Shown here in pieces: positions 10,610 through 20,276 of a stretch of 64,000 bases of DNA (position 1 is the stretch's first letter; each line of letters starts with the position of its first letter). The position numbers and the translations under genes are program-made. The stretch is taken from the NCBI GenBank assembly GCA_965216755.1, contig CBDCGL010000011.1:2720001-2784000 (forward strand). Direction: 5' to 3'. This DNA is from Alphaproteobacteria bacterium (GTDB lineage Bacteria > Pseudomonadota > Alphaproteobacteria > UBA7887). The notes under the pieces were generated by a model that was given only the letters and a program-made list of their open reading frames with translations, was not told the DNA's origin and searched no databases.

Positions 10610-10719
10610 AACGCCTTTATGCTAGGCGTCAACCCCCTGTAGGACAAGGCCTTTGGTACCACTTGCGGCGAATGCCTGGGGACACGCGCGACCTTGAGGC
10701 CCGGCGTGTCCCTGCCCGA

Positions 10720-13125
10720 TCACATCGAATAGCGACCATAGAGCGACAGCTGGGCGGCTTCGAATTCGACGCCTTCGCCCACGTCTTCGTCGTCCATGAA
10801 GTCGAATTCATCTGGCAGCGCCTTGGACCGCAGCACTTTGCCTTCCGGGCCGCGCGGCAGCGCGTTGGTGGGTCCATATTCGGCTTCCAGCTCGGCCACC
10901 TCGGCATCGGTTAGCTTGGTCACAGAAACCGGCGCGCCCTTGAGGTGCGGGACCCCCTGTTCGGCGTCGACCGACGACAAATCTTCATCTTCGGCCAGCT
11001 GCGCCTCGCAGAACGACCACAAGCCCGAAAGGTGTTCGCCACCTTGGCGCGATTCCGGCTTCCACCAGCCGTGCGGAATACGCACCAAGCCCCTTGGCAT
11101 GCTGGAGCGCGCAAAGACACGCCCGAGCATGGCACCGGTCGGCGTCGCGACCCGCGCCCAGGCGCCGTCGGCAATGGCAAGCGTCTGCGTGTCTTCGGGG
11201 TTCATAAAGAAAAGCGGATCCTCGGCGCGCTTGCGCAGCTCCGGCACCTGGCGGTGGCCCGAGCGGAAAAACTCGTCCTCGGGCAAACCGACAAATGAGG
11301 TGAACGGATAGGCCGTGCTGGTGCCAGGTCCCTCGCGATAATAGGGCAACGGATCGAAGCCGAGCGCCGCCAAGACTTCCGAATAGAACTCGACCTTGCC
11401 CGACGGCGTGGCGAAACCGGTCTTGAGATATTTGCGCGCACCATCCTCGGCGGCTTGGCCCTTGTGCAGGATCGGCGGAATGCCGGCGGCGACCACCTCC
11501 GCCCAGGTCTTGCCGCCAGGCTCCAAGCGATAGTCGAACATCTGTTCCGGTGTCGCCCACGGGAATTGCGCGGCCAAACCCATGCGTTTTGCAAGCGCGT
11601 GCCAGAAATACACCACGTTGCGGCACTCGCCCGGCGGTTCCATCGCTTGTTCACTGATGCCGGCCTGCATGCTGGGGCGTTCGGTCCACGCGTCGCCCGG
11701 CAACACATAATCGGCAATCTGTGCGGTCGGCGACATGGCGTGTTCGAAGGCGACGATCAGGTCTTGCTTCATCAAGCCTTCGTAGGCGCGCTTGGTATTG
11801 GCATAGGCGGCCAGCACATTGTTGGCCATCGCGAACAAAGCACGGACCGGATAGGGGTGGCTTTCCGCCATTGCCTTGAACACCGCCATCGGGTGCGCCA
11901 TGTAGCAGCCGCCGACCAGATTTGCCCACCGGATTCCCCATACTTTTTCTGACGCGTCACAAAAAGCGCCGGTGCCACGATAGGTAAAGGCCGGAAACTG
12001 ATCCGAACCCAGTTGCTTCGCCTTTTGCTCCGGCGCCAGCACTTCGTGCATTTCAATCTCGGAATCCGACCGCACCGCCGGATTGAAGCCGATCAGCTGA
12101 TCGCCGCCGGGCACATCGAGATGGCCGCACAACGCGCGCAGCATGCATTGCAACCGAATGGCGGACGTGCTGGAGACCTGTTGATCAGTCACCGGCGTCC
12201 AGGGAATGCAGGCCGGGCCGCTGGTTGCGTACATGCGCGCGCCCGCGGCGATCAACTCAGCATCAACGCCGGTAATCTCGGCCACCCGATCAAGCGGATA
12301 TTCGCGCGCCCGTTCGGCGAGGGCGTCGAAGCCAACCGTCCAATCCCGCACGAACTCTTTATCGTACAGCTCTTCGGAAATGATCACGTTCAGCCAACCA
12401 AGCAATAGTGCAGCATCGGTGCCCGAACGCAGCGGCAACCACAAATCGGCACGCTCGGCGTTTTCGCTGCGCCGTGGGTCGATAACGATCAGCTTGGCGC
12501 CGCCGGCTTGCGCCATGCGGATCGCCTTGTATTCCATGGTCCAGCTATGGCGGCGCGGATCGTGGCCGATCAACACGATACATTTTGATTTGAGAATGTC
12601 CGCGCGCGGAAACCAGCCATACACATAGCGATTGATCGCCGCGGTGTTGCCCGCGCAATAGGCCACGCCGCCGATCCAATTGGGCGAACCGACATGGTTC
12701 ATAAAGCGGCGGCAGAGGCCATTGTCACCCAGCCCGGTGGCGCCGCTTTGGGCGACGGCAAACGCCTCTGGACCATATTGGTCGATGACCTTTTGCAGAC
12801 GCGTGGCGATATCGTCCATTGCCTCGTCCCAGGTCACGCGTTGCCATTCGCCACCCCCGCGCGCGCCGACCCGCTTGAGCGGATAAAGCACCCGGTCCGG
12901 GTGGGCGAAATGCTTGGGCGCGTAAGCGCCTTTCATACACAGCACGCCCCGAAACAGCGGGTGGTCGCGCGTGGTGATTTTGACCACGCGGCCGTCTTCG
13001 ATCTTGGCCGACACCGGGCAAAACCCATCGCAGCTGGTGCAGACAACCGATTTCAGCACGTCCCGCTGGTCATTGTCGGAACCGATGATTTCATCAATGT
13101 CTGTCGGACTTTGATCATCAAGCAT
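10720..13125 (-). CDS. Bis-MGD Mo/W oxidoreductase, acetylene hydratase-like
   Basis: N-terminal CTSCDGFC...CMKG 4Fe-4S motif, YCAGNT metal-ligand region, PLRSGTDAAL, ADYVLPGD.WTERP, ATPSGKVE, IPHGWW. Start uncertain (ATG 13125 chosen). Confidence 0.88.
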   Translation of the reverse strand: MLDDQSPTDIDEIIGSDNDQRDVLKSVVCTSCDGFCPVSAKIEDGRVVKITTRDHPLFRGVLCMKGAYAPKHFAHPDRVLYPLKRVGARGGGEWQRVTWDEAMDDIATRLQKVIDQYGPEAFAVAQSGATGLGDNGLCRRFMNHVGSPNWIGGVAYCAGNTAAINRYVYGWFPRADILKSKCIVLIGHDPRRHSWTMEYKAIRMAQAGGAKLIVIDPRRSENAERADLWLPLRSGTDAALLLGWLNVIISEELYDKEFVRDWTVGFDALAERAREYPLDRVAEITGVDAELIAAGARMYATSGPACIPWTPVTDQQVSSTSAIRLQCMLRALCGHLDVPGGDQLIGFNPAVRSDSEIEMHEVLAPEQKAKQLGSDQFPAFTYRGTGAFCDASEKVWGIRWANLVGGCYMAHPMAVFKAMAESHPYPVRALFAMANNVLAAYANTKRAYEGLMKQDLIVAFEHAMSPTAQIADYVLPGDAWTERPSMQAGISEQAMEPPGECRNVVYFWHALAKRMGLAAQFPWATPEQMFDYRLEPGGKTWAEVVAAGIPPILHKGQAAEDGARKYLKTGFATPSGKVEFYSEVLAALGFDPLPYYREGPGTSTAYPFTSFVGLPEDEFFRSGHRQVPELRKRAEDPLFFMNPEDTQTLAIADGAWARVATPTGAMLGRVFARSSMPRGLVRIPHGWWKPESRQGGEHLSGLWSFCEAQLAEDEDLSSVDAEQGVPHLKGAPVSVTKLTDAEVAELEAEYGPTNALPRGPEGKVLRSKALPDEFDFMDDEDVGEGVEFEAAQLSLYGRYSM

Positions 13126-13416
13126 CGCCACGCACTCCAGTTGCGAACCCAGCTCACACGTTCTGCGTGTGGTTGTCGACAGCATGATAACGGCGTGTGC
13201 GGGACCGGACAATCTGGGCACCCGAGCATCTGCCAAGCGTCAGACGCATGTCGGTGGAACGGTTTTAGTGCTCTCCGACCGCGTTTCGGGCATCGGCAGG
13301 CAAGCCACAGGCGAGAAGCTGTGTTTCCCGATATGTTCGTGTGATCAGGACCGACATGATCTAGTAAGGACGCACCCACAGTGCAAACATGGGGTGTATC
13401 CAACGGGAGGCGCGTT

Positions 13417-14694
13417 ATGAACCGGCTCGAGGACATCGCAAATCACGCTATGGCCGGAACGGCGGCAGGTTCGCCGGCCTTTGTGCCACCCCTCCAACTC
13501 ACGCAAGGGCAGCCGCCACCCGTCGCCGCCAATGGCGGCTTGTCGTATATGGCGTTCGATCGGAAAGGCGATGGCGGAACCGCCGCGGCGACCGCGGCGG
13601 CGCTTGCGCAGATTGCCGAGGGCAAGGGGCAAGCGGTGATCGACAGGCTGGACAGTGCGCCCCCCGGGCCCATCGAGACCCAATGGGGCATCGGGTTTCG
13701 CACCTATGAAGAGTGCCTTGACCATATTCGGGCGAACAACATCGAAGTGCCCGAAGGCGGCCTTGCGCTGCCGCTTCGCTACACGATCCATGAAGAGCCG
13801 ACCTACACCGTTGTCCCCTCCAACGCGCTCTGGCGCGACCCGGGGCGCGCGGCCGACGCAAAAGCGTTGCGCCAGGAAGAGCGGGACATCGCGCGGCGCT
13901 GCCTCTATTTCCCACACGTGATGCGCGATGCGCGGCGCTTGGAGGCATACTACCCGGGTCTTTCGCCCGAGAGCCCGGACTGCATGGATAAGCTTGGGCT
14001 GGCGTTGGCGCACTGCGAATCCAAGTGTGAGAATTTCTACGACTCGGCCGAAGTGGAGCGCGTGTTCTATCCCGAGATGGAACAACTCCTGCTAGCGTTT
14101 TTCCCCGACGCGACCGACGCGTTCGTCTACAACCACGATGTGTTCGACCAGGACTACCAGGGCGACCGCACCGAGGACCAGGACGCCAAGAACCCGGGGG
14201 TCAACGCCCGTTACGCCAACATCGTGCACAATGATCTGAACGACAATAGCGGTCGCGTGAGCTGCCGCGAACTGCTGACCAAGAACCTGCGCAACTTCGG
14301 GCGTGCGCAGCACTATACGGAAGCGGAAGCCGACGCGAAGATGTCGCGCCGGTTCATGTCCATCAACCTTGCCAAGCCGATGGAAACCGTGCGCCAGAAT
14401 CCGTTCGTGCTGTGCGCCTGGCCTTCTTTCGCCGCCCAGCCGTACATCAACAACTATCGGATCTACGACGACCGCGTCGGCGAGACCACTCGCTTCACCT
14501 ACCGCCCGAACCACGAGTGGTACTGGTTTCCTCAGCAGGCGCCCACCGAGGTTTCCATACTGAAATGCTACGATTCCATCACTGATAACTCCGTGTCGCG
14601 CTATTCGTTTCACACGGCCTGCATCGACCCGACCGCGCCGGACGACGCACCCTGCCGCAGGAACGTCGTTGTCCGGTCGTTCGTCTTTTTTTAG
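13417..14694 (+). CDS. CmcJ/NvfI-family oxidoreductase with N-terminal extension
   Basis: YNHDVF, VHNDLN, NPFVLCAW, WYWFPQQ, LKCYDS, FHTAC..DP, RRNVVVRSFVF. GGAGG RBS before ATG 13417. Confidence 0.78.
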   Translation: MNRLEDIANHAMAGTAAGSPAFVPPLQLTQGQPPPVAANGGLSYMAFDRKGDGGTAAATAAALAQIAEGKGQAVIDRLDSAPPGPIETQWGIGFRTYEECLDHIRANNIEVPEGGLALPLRYTIHEEPTYTVVPSNALWRDPGRAADAKALRQEERDIARRCLYFPHVMRDARRLEAYYPGLSPESPDCMDKLGLALAHCESKCENFYDSAEVERVFYPEMEQLLLAFFPDATDAFVYNHDVFDQDYQGDRTEDQDAKNPGVNARYANIVHNDLNDNSGRVSCRELLTKNLRNFGRAQHYTEAEADAKMSRRFMSINLAKPMETVRQNPFVLCAWPSFAAQPYINNYRIYDDRVGETTRFTYRPNHEWYWFPQQAPTEVSILKCYDSITDNSVSRYSFHTACIDPTAPDDAPCRRNVVVRSFVFF

Positions 14695-14878
14695 GAAACA
14701 CTGAGGCGCGACGCCACTTCCGATCCTGGAACGGGGTTTCGATGCCCGGATTGTGTCGATAGGCGACCGCAACCGAATCTGTAATTGGGCCTGTCTTAGG
14801 CATGTTGATACCGATGGCGCGCAGTCGTAGTGTCTTGATCTGACCTGTAATCGGCTAGACCATTTGGGGTCGACGACC

Positions 14879-17800
14879 ATGGCCGAGGCGACGGATCCGA
14901 AACAAAGACTGGCGGCAATTCTGGCCGCAGACGTGGCCGGTTACTCGCGCCTCATGCAAGCCGATGAGCGGGCGACCATCGCCACGCTTAATGAATATCG
15001 CGGCTTGTTCCGTACCGAGATCGAGACCCATGGCGGCCGGGTGGTCGACATGGCCGGTGACAGCGTCCTTGCCGTTTTCGACTCCGCTATTGGCGCGGTG
15101 ACCGCGGCGGTGCAGATCCAGGGCGAGCTGGCGCAGCGCAACGAAGCTTTGCCCGACGACCGACGCATGGCGTTTCGCATCGGCGTCAATCTGGGCGACA
15201 TTTTCGAACAAACCGACGGCACGGTCTACGGCGACGGCGTCAATGTGGCCGCCCGCCTGGAAGCCATGGCCAGCCCCGGTGGCATCAATGTGTCGGGCAG
15301 CGTGTTCGACAGCGTGCGGTCGAAGGTCGGCGTCTCGTTCGACTTTTTGGGCGAGCAAGACGTCAAAAACATCGCCGACCCGGTCCGTGCGTATCGCGTC
15401 GCGAAAGGGGATCCGCAATCGCCGAACGAACACGCGCGCGCACCGAAACGCAAATGGGTCGCTGGCTTGGCCGCGGCCATTGTCTTGGCCATTGTTGCCG
15501 GCGGGCTGTGGCGTTCAGGCGTGTTCAATCCACCTGGTGCCGATCAATCGGAAACGCCGAACACGGCCATCAACGCCCAGAACGAGGGCGACGGCGCAAC
15601 CGAACACCTGCCACCGACGGACAAAGCGTCTGTCGCCGTATTGCCGTTTCAGAACCTCACCACCGACCCTGAACATGCGTTTCTTGCTGATGGTTTGCAT
15701 GAAAACATCATCGCCACGTTGTCTCAAGCGCGAAGCTTGTTTGTGCCGGCCCGGTTTTCGACGTTGCAATACAAAGATGCCAATGTTGACGTCAAAAACG
15801 TGGCAAGAACCCTTGGCGTCGCACATGTGTTGGAAGGCAGCGTGCAAGCCACCGACCAACGTGTGCGCATCACCATGCAGCTTATCGACGCTGAAAGTGG
15901 CGGCCATGTGTGGGCCGAACGTTACGACCGTCCGCTCGACGACGTCTTTGATCTTCAGGATGAAATTACGTTGGAGGTGGTTCGCGCCTTGCAAGTGCGA
16001 TTGACGGAGGGCGATCAGGCCCTCCGTTGGAGCGGCGGCACACGCAGTCTAGACGCTTGGAAAAGGGTCGAACGCGGGCTGGCCTTGATCCGCCGTTTCA
16101 CCAAGGCGGACAGCATAAAGGCGCGTGCGCTTCTGGAAGAAGCGGTTCAAATCGATCCAAACTATGTCCTGGCATGGTCCTACCTAAGCGTTGCCAATGA
16201 ACAGACATATCGTTACGGCTGGAGCGACGATCCGATATTTCTTGAACGTGCCGAAGAGTATCTAGCCAAGGCACTTGCACTAAACGACGAGCTGGCCGCG
16301 CCTTACATTCCGCTTGCGTATTTGCACCGCACGAGGGGGCGGTTGAAGGAAGGCGTCGCCGCGGCCCAAAAAGCCGTGGAGCTTGATCCGAACGGATCTA
16401 TTTCTCGTGCCGCCTTGGCCGAAATGCTGATCGTAGACGGTCAAATCGAGTCAGCCTTGAACAGCATTGACGAAGCGATGCGCTTCAGTCCGGTATTTCC
16501 AGATTGGTATATGGCAACTAAGGCGCACGCCTTACTGCTGGCCGGCGCTGCGGTCGAAGCCGCTGAGTTGTTGGAAGAATACACTCGGCGGGTCCCCAGC
16601 GATCCTGAAAGTATCTGGCAATTGCCGATTGCTCAGGCCCGCGCGGGGCGGCTCGAACTTGCCGAGCATGCAATCGCGTCCTTGCGACAGGCAGAACCGA
16701 CCGCCTCGATCGAGAGCTTCCGACAATTCGCGAGCCGTGTGTGGCCCTATAGGGACCCGGACATCTTGCAAGGACATATTCGCGTTCTCCGCGATCTCGG
16801 ACTTCCCGAACATCCGCCGCACGCCGATGCGGACAAACCATCGATTGCCGTCCTACCATTTGAAAATCTGTCGGGGGATCCGGAACAAGATTATTTCGCC
16901 AAAGGCATCAGCGAGGAGTTGATCACGGCGCTGGGGCGGTTCCCAGCGCTGCGTGTCGCGGCTCGCGGTGCCTCGTTTCTTTTGGCGGGAGAAGCTCCCG
17001 TCGAAGTTGCCCAAGAGCTCAGTGTTGGTTTCGTGCTCGAAGGCTCGGTGCGCAAATCGGGCAACGCTATTCGCATTGATGCGCGCCTTGCAAGCGCCGA
17101 AGGGAACCAGATTTGGGCCGAACGCTTCGAGCGCGACCTCACCGCAGCGAACTTGTTCGCTATCCAAGATGACATCACATCTCGCGTTTCCGCCCGCATC
17201 GCCAGCGGCCACGGAACAATGGCCGAGGATATCCTTGCGCGGAGGCAAATGAACCGCACCGATGACTTGGGTGCGTACGAATGCTATTTGCGTAGCCTCA
17301 GAATTCTCGATGCACCGAGTCCCGGCATATACGCGGAAGGCCGCGACTGTTTGGAGGCGGCGGTCGTGGCCGATCCGAAATTTGTCGATGGCTGGTATTT
17401 GCTGAAGTACATCTATGAATCAGAGTATTTGTTCGGTTTCAATCCGCGCCCACAACCGCTCGAGCGAGCACTTGACGCGGCACAAAAAGTATTGGCACTT
17501 GACCCCACCCATCCGAAGGGTCTTTACGGTCTCGCGACGATCTACTTCATGCGGCAGGAAATATCCCAATTTTACGATACGGCCAATCGGGCGCTGCGCG
17601 TAAACCCAAACGATACTGAGACGATGTACGATCTGGGCTGGATGATCGCATACGCGGGGCAATGGGAGCGCGGGATCGCCCTCGTCGACCGGGCATTCGA
17701 ACTCAATCCTGCGATTGGCAGTCGGATTTACATTCCAAAATCGATTGATAAGTACCGAAGGTCGGACTTTGTTGGCGCTTTGGCGGCTGCGCAGCGTATC

Positions 17801-18034
17801 AATATGCCCGACTTCTGGCGCGACCGGTTCGTCACCACGATCGCGCTCGCCCAACTTGGGCGCCTCGACGAAGCGCGGCAAAGCCTTGACCGCATGCTCG
17901 AACTGCACCCGGCCTTCGCCGAAGATCCTTGGGGCGAGTGCCGCAAGTGGAATTGGTCGGACGAGCTGATCACACACATTCTCGACGGGTTCAGAAAGGC
18001 TGGGCTCGCCATCCCACCTGATCCGGCCGAGTGA
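14879..18034 (+). CDS. Class III adenylate/guanylate cyclase with one TM helix and two TolB_N-like/TPR modules
   Basis: ILAADVAGYSRL, AGDSVLAVF, RIGVNLGD, YGDGVNVAARLE. TM segment WVAGLAAAIVLAIVAGGLW. SVAVLPFQNL and SIAVLPFENL each followed by TPR-like helices. Confidence 0.92.
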   Translation: MAEATDPKQRLAAILAADVAGYSRLMQADERATIATLNEYRGLFRTEIETHGGRVVDMAGDSVLAVFDSAIGAVTAAVQIQGELAQRNEALPDDRRMAFRIGVNLGDIFEQTDGTVYGDGVNVAARLEAMASPGGINVSGSVFDSVRSKVGVSFDFLGEQDVKNIADPVRAYRVAKGDPQSPNEHARAPKRKWVAGLAAAIVLAIVAGGLWRSGVFNPPGADQSETPNTAINAQNEGDGATEHLPPTDKASVAVLPFQNLTTDPEHAFLADGLHENIIATLSQARSLFVPARFSTLQYKDANVDVKNVARTLGVAHVLEGSVQATDQRVRITMQLIDAESGGHVWAERYDRPLDDVFDLQDEITLEVVRALQVRLTEGDQALRWSGGTRSLDAWKRVERGLALIRRFTKADSIKARALLEEAVQIDPNYVLAWSYLSVANEQTYRYGWSDDPIFLERAEEYLAKALALNDELAAPYIPLAYLHRTRGRLKEGVAAAQKAVELDPNGSISRAALAEMLIVDGQIESALNSIDEAMRFSPVFPDWYMATKAHALLLAGAAVEAAELLEEYTRRVPSDPESIWQLPIAQARAGRLELAEHAIASLRQAEPTASIESFRQFASRVWPYRDPDILQGHIRVLRDLGLPEHPPHADADKPSIAVLPFENLSGDPEQDYFAKGISEELITALGRFPALRVAARGASFLLAGEAPVEVAQELSVGFVLEGSVRKSGNAIRIDARLASAEGNQIWAERFERDLTAANLFAIQDDITSRVSARIASGHGTMAEDILARRQMNRTDDLGAYECYLRSLRILDAPSPGIYAEGRDCLEAAVVADPKFVDGWYLLKYIYESEYLFGFNPRPQPLERALDAAQKVLALDPTHPKGLYGLATIYFMRQEISQFYDTANRALRVNPNDTETMYDLGWMIAYAGQWERGIALVDRAFELNPAIGSRIYIPKSIDKYRRSDFVGALAAAQRINMPDFWRDRFVTTIALAQLGRLDEARQSLDRMLELHPAFAEDPWGECRKWNWSDELITHILDGFRKAGLAIPPDPAE

Positions 18035-18224
18035 ATTGGCAAGTATCGATCCCTGCCACGGGCAAGGGTTCTCGGACCGTCAATGCTTGCATTTCGCCAG
18101 AAATGAGGAACGCTTGGCCGCGGCCGTCAAAGACATCATCGAGGCGGGCGGGGTTACGGACTATCGGATAGAGAACTCTCTCAACCCAACGGCGTCGAGG
18201 AAGCCCGTGCGCGGACAGCCGCGC

Positions 18225-18593
18225 TTACTCGCAGGACATCGTATGTGGTCCGGAGACCAATTCCTTGAACACTGTCAGGCTTTTGAAATCATATTCAACA
18301 TCGACCATGCCGCTATACGTCTCCAGCTGAACGACGTAACGCTGGTTGGCGTCGTCGAATTCGTAAATCGGCTCGGGCTCGCCGGCAACGTCTTCCTTGA
18401 CCGAGCGAATGGCATCACCAATTTTCTCGTATCGGCGCCATTCTTGGTTCATTTCATCGAAACAATTCATGGACAGGTCGACCGCGACGTCGTCAGCCTG
18501 CGCGGCGGCCATTAACCCACTCGCGACCACGAAGATGCCCCCCCATATCGCCATTCGCATCATCACGTTGGCTCCCTTTTCCGATCGCACCAC
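18225..18593 (-). CDS. Small exported hypothetical protein
   Basis: Signal-peptide-like MAIWGGIFVVASGLMAAAQA followed by an acidic mature part with two Cys. Confidence 0.6.
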   Translation of the reverse strand: MVRSEKGANVMMRMAIWGGIFVVASGLMAAAQADDVAVDLSMNCFDEMNQEWRRYEKIGDAIRSVKEDVAGEPEPIYEFDDANQRYVVQLETYSGMVDVEYDFKSLTVFKELVSGPHTMSCE

Positions 18594-18732
18594 GGTTCCG
18601 TGGGACTATATCATGCGCGCAGATCTCGGTTGCCAAGTCCAATCCGGCACAACAGGTCTTCGTAGCGCGGATCGGATCGCAACGGGTCGAAAACAGGCGC
18701 GGAACGCAACCGAATCAAACACCAACGACCGG

Positions 18733-18866
18733 GTTACGGTGTTACGGTGGTTACGGTGACAGTTTACTAATTACACTAGATATTGTGCCATTGATACCAA
18801 ATGGTCCATATATAGTGTAATTAGTAAACTGTCACCGTAACATCGTAACCTAGTAAACTGTCACCG
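18733..18866. repeat. REP/REPIN-like composite: perfect 29-bp inverted repeat plus tandem and direct sub-repeats
   Basis: GTTACGGTGACAGTTTACTAATTACACTA (18750-18778) is the exact reverse complement of 18813-18841. GTTACGGT occurs three times in 18733-18757. Extra TAGTAAACTGTCACCG at 18851-18866. Confidence 0.9.
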
Positions 18867-18895
18867 CATACCGTATTCAACCATGGAGGCAACCG

Positions 18896-20197
18896 ATGAC
18901 CAACGCAGCCTTGTCGCCACATATCCTCCGGCCGGAGGACGCCGATCCGCATTGGCAATGGGACCGACGCATTCCGGCTCTCGGCCATACGTCGGTGGAC
19001 TTTGAGCACAGAGTCGATTTTGATCGCCTTCGGCGCTATCGCTTGAGCCGCGCCCGGGCCGCTTTGAAAAACTCCGATTGTGGCGCGTTGCTGTTGTTCG
19101 ACGTGAACAACATCCGCTATGTCTCCGCGACAAAAATCGGTGAATGGGAACGCGACAAGCTGTGTCGCTTTTGCCTGCTGGCCGGCGACAACGAACCCAT
19201 CGTCTGGGATTTTGGCTCGGCGGCGGTACACCATCGGTTTTATTGCGATTGGCTGCCCGATGATTGCTGTCGCGCCGGGGTCGTCGGCATGCGCGGCACC
19301 ATCCCGCCGTCTTTCGGCCTGATGAAGCGCTACGCCGACGAAATCATGTCGCTGCTGCGCGAGGCCGGTGTCGCGGACATGCCGGTCGGCGTCGACCTGG
19401 CGGAAACGGCCATGTTTTTCGAGCTGCAGTCGGCCGGCATGCGCGTTGTTGACGGACAACAGATCATGCTGGACGCGCGCGAAATCAAAAACATCGACGA
19501 AATCCAATTGCTCAATCAGGCGGCGTCGATGGTCGATGGCGTCTATCACATGATTTCGGAAGAGCTGAAACCGGGCGTACGCGAATCGGATATCGTCGCA
19601 ATGTCCAACAAAATGCTCTACGAGATGGGCTCCGACGATGTCGAGGCGATCAACGCCATCTCGGGCGAGCGCTGCAATCCGCATCCACACAACTTCACCG
19701 ATCGGATTATCCGGCCGGGCGACCAGGCATTTTTCGATATCTTGCAGTCCTATGTCGGCTATCGCACCTGCTACTACCGCACGTTCAATGTTGGCAAGGC
19801 CACCCCATCGCAGACCGATGCCTATACCAAGGCACGGGAGTGGCTCGACCATTCCATTGAAATGATCAAGCCCGGCGTTGGCACCGATCAAGTCGCCGCC
19901 GTGTGGCCGGCGGCCGAAGAATTCGGTTTTCCCGATGAACTCTCAGCCTTTGGGCTTCAATTCGGCCATGGTCTCGGCCTGTCGCTTCACGAGCGGCCGA
20001 TCATATCGCGCGTGGTCTCGCTGGAGCACCCGATGGAAATCAAGACCGGCATGGTCTTTGCGTTGGAAACGTTTTGTCCGGCAAGTGATGGCTATTCCGC
20101 GGCCCGGATCGAGGAGGAAGTCGTGGTCACCGACAAGGGCTGTGAAGTGATCACGCTGTTCCCGGCGCAAGAGCTGCCGATCGCGAACCCTTACTAG
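18896..20197 (+). CDS. M24 (Xaa-Pro peptidase/creatinase) family protein
   Basis: DAREIKNIDEI, FFDI..YRTCYYRTF, GHGLGLSLHERP, GMVFALET, ARIEEEVVVT. GGAGG RBS. Confidence 0.88.
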   Translation: MTNAALSPHILRPEDADPHWQWDRRIPALGHTSVDFEHRVDFDRLRRYRLSRARAALKNSDCGALLLFDVNNIRYVSATKIGEWERDKLCRFCLLAGDNEPIVWDFGSAAVHHRFYCDWLPDDCCRAGVVGMRGTIPPSFGLMKRYADEIMSLLREAGVADMPVGVDLAETAMFFELQSAGMRVVDGQQIMLDAREIKNIDEIQLLNQAASMVDGVYHMISEELKPGVRESDIVAMSNKMLYEMGSDDVEAINAISGERCNPHPHNFTDRIIRPGDQAFFDILQSYVGYRTCYYRTFNVGKATPSQTDAYTKAREWLDHSIEMIKPGVGTDQVAAVWPAAEEFGFPDELSAFGLQFGHGLGLSLHERPIISRVVSLEHPMEIKTGMVFALETFCPASDGYSAARIEEEVVVTDKGCEVITLFPAQELPIANPY

Positions 20198-20276
20198 AGC
20201 ACTCTCCGACCATATTGAATCAATGCTGTTTGCGGTCCGGCGTGGCGTTGCGGCGATGTGCCATTGCGCCGCGCCG

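Noticed and set aside
18733-18866. Possible CRISPR array
   Set aside because: The repeats are inverted or abutting, with no unique spacers and no cas genes.
18896-20197. Calling the M24 protein DddP or PepP
   Set aside because: The metal-ligand pattern deviates (YRTC), and I cannot support a specific assignment.
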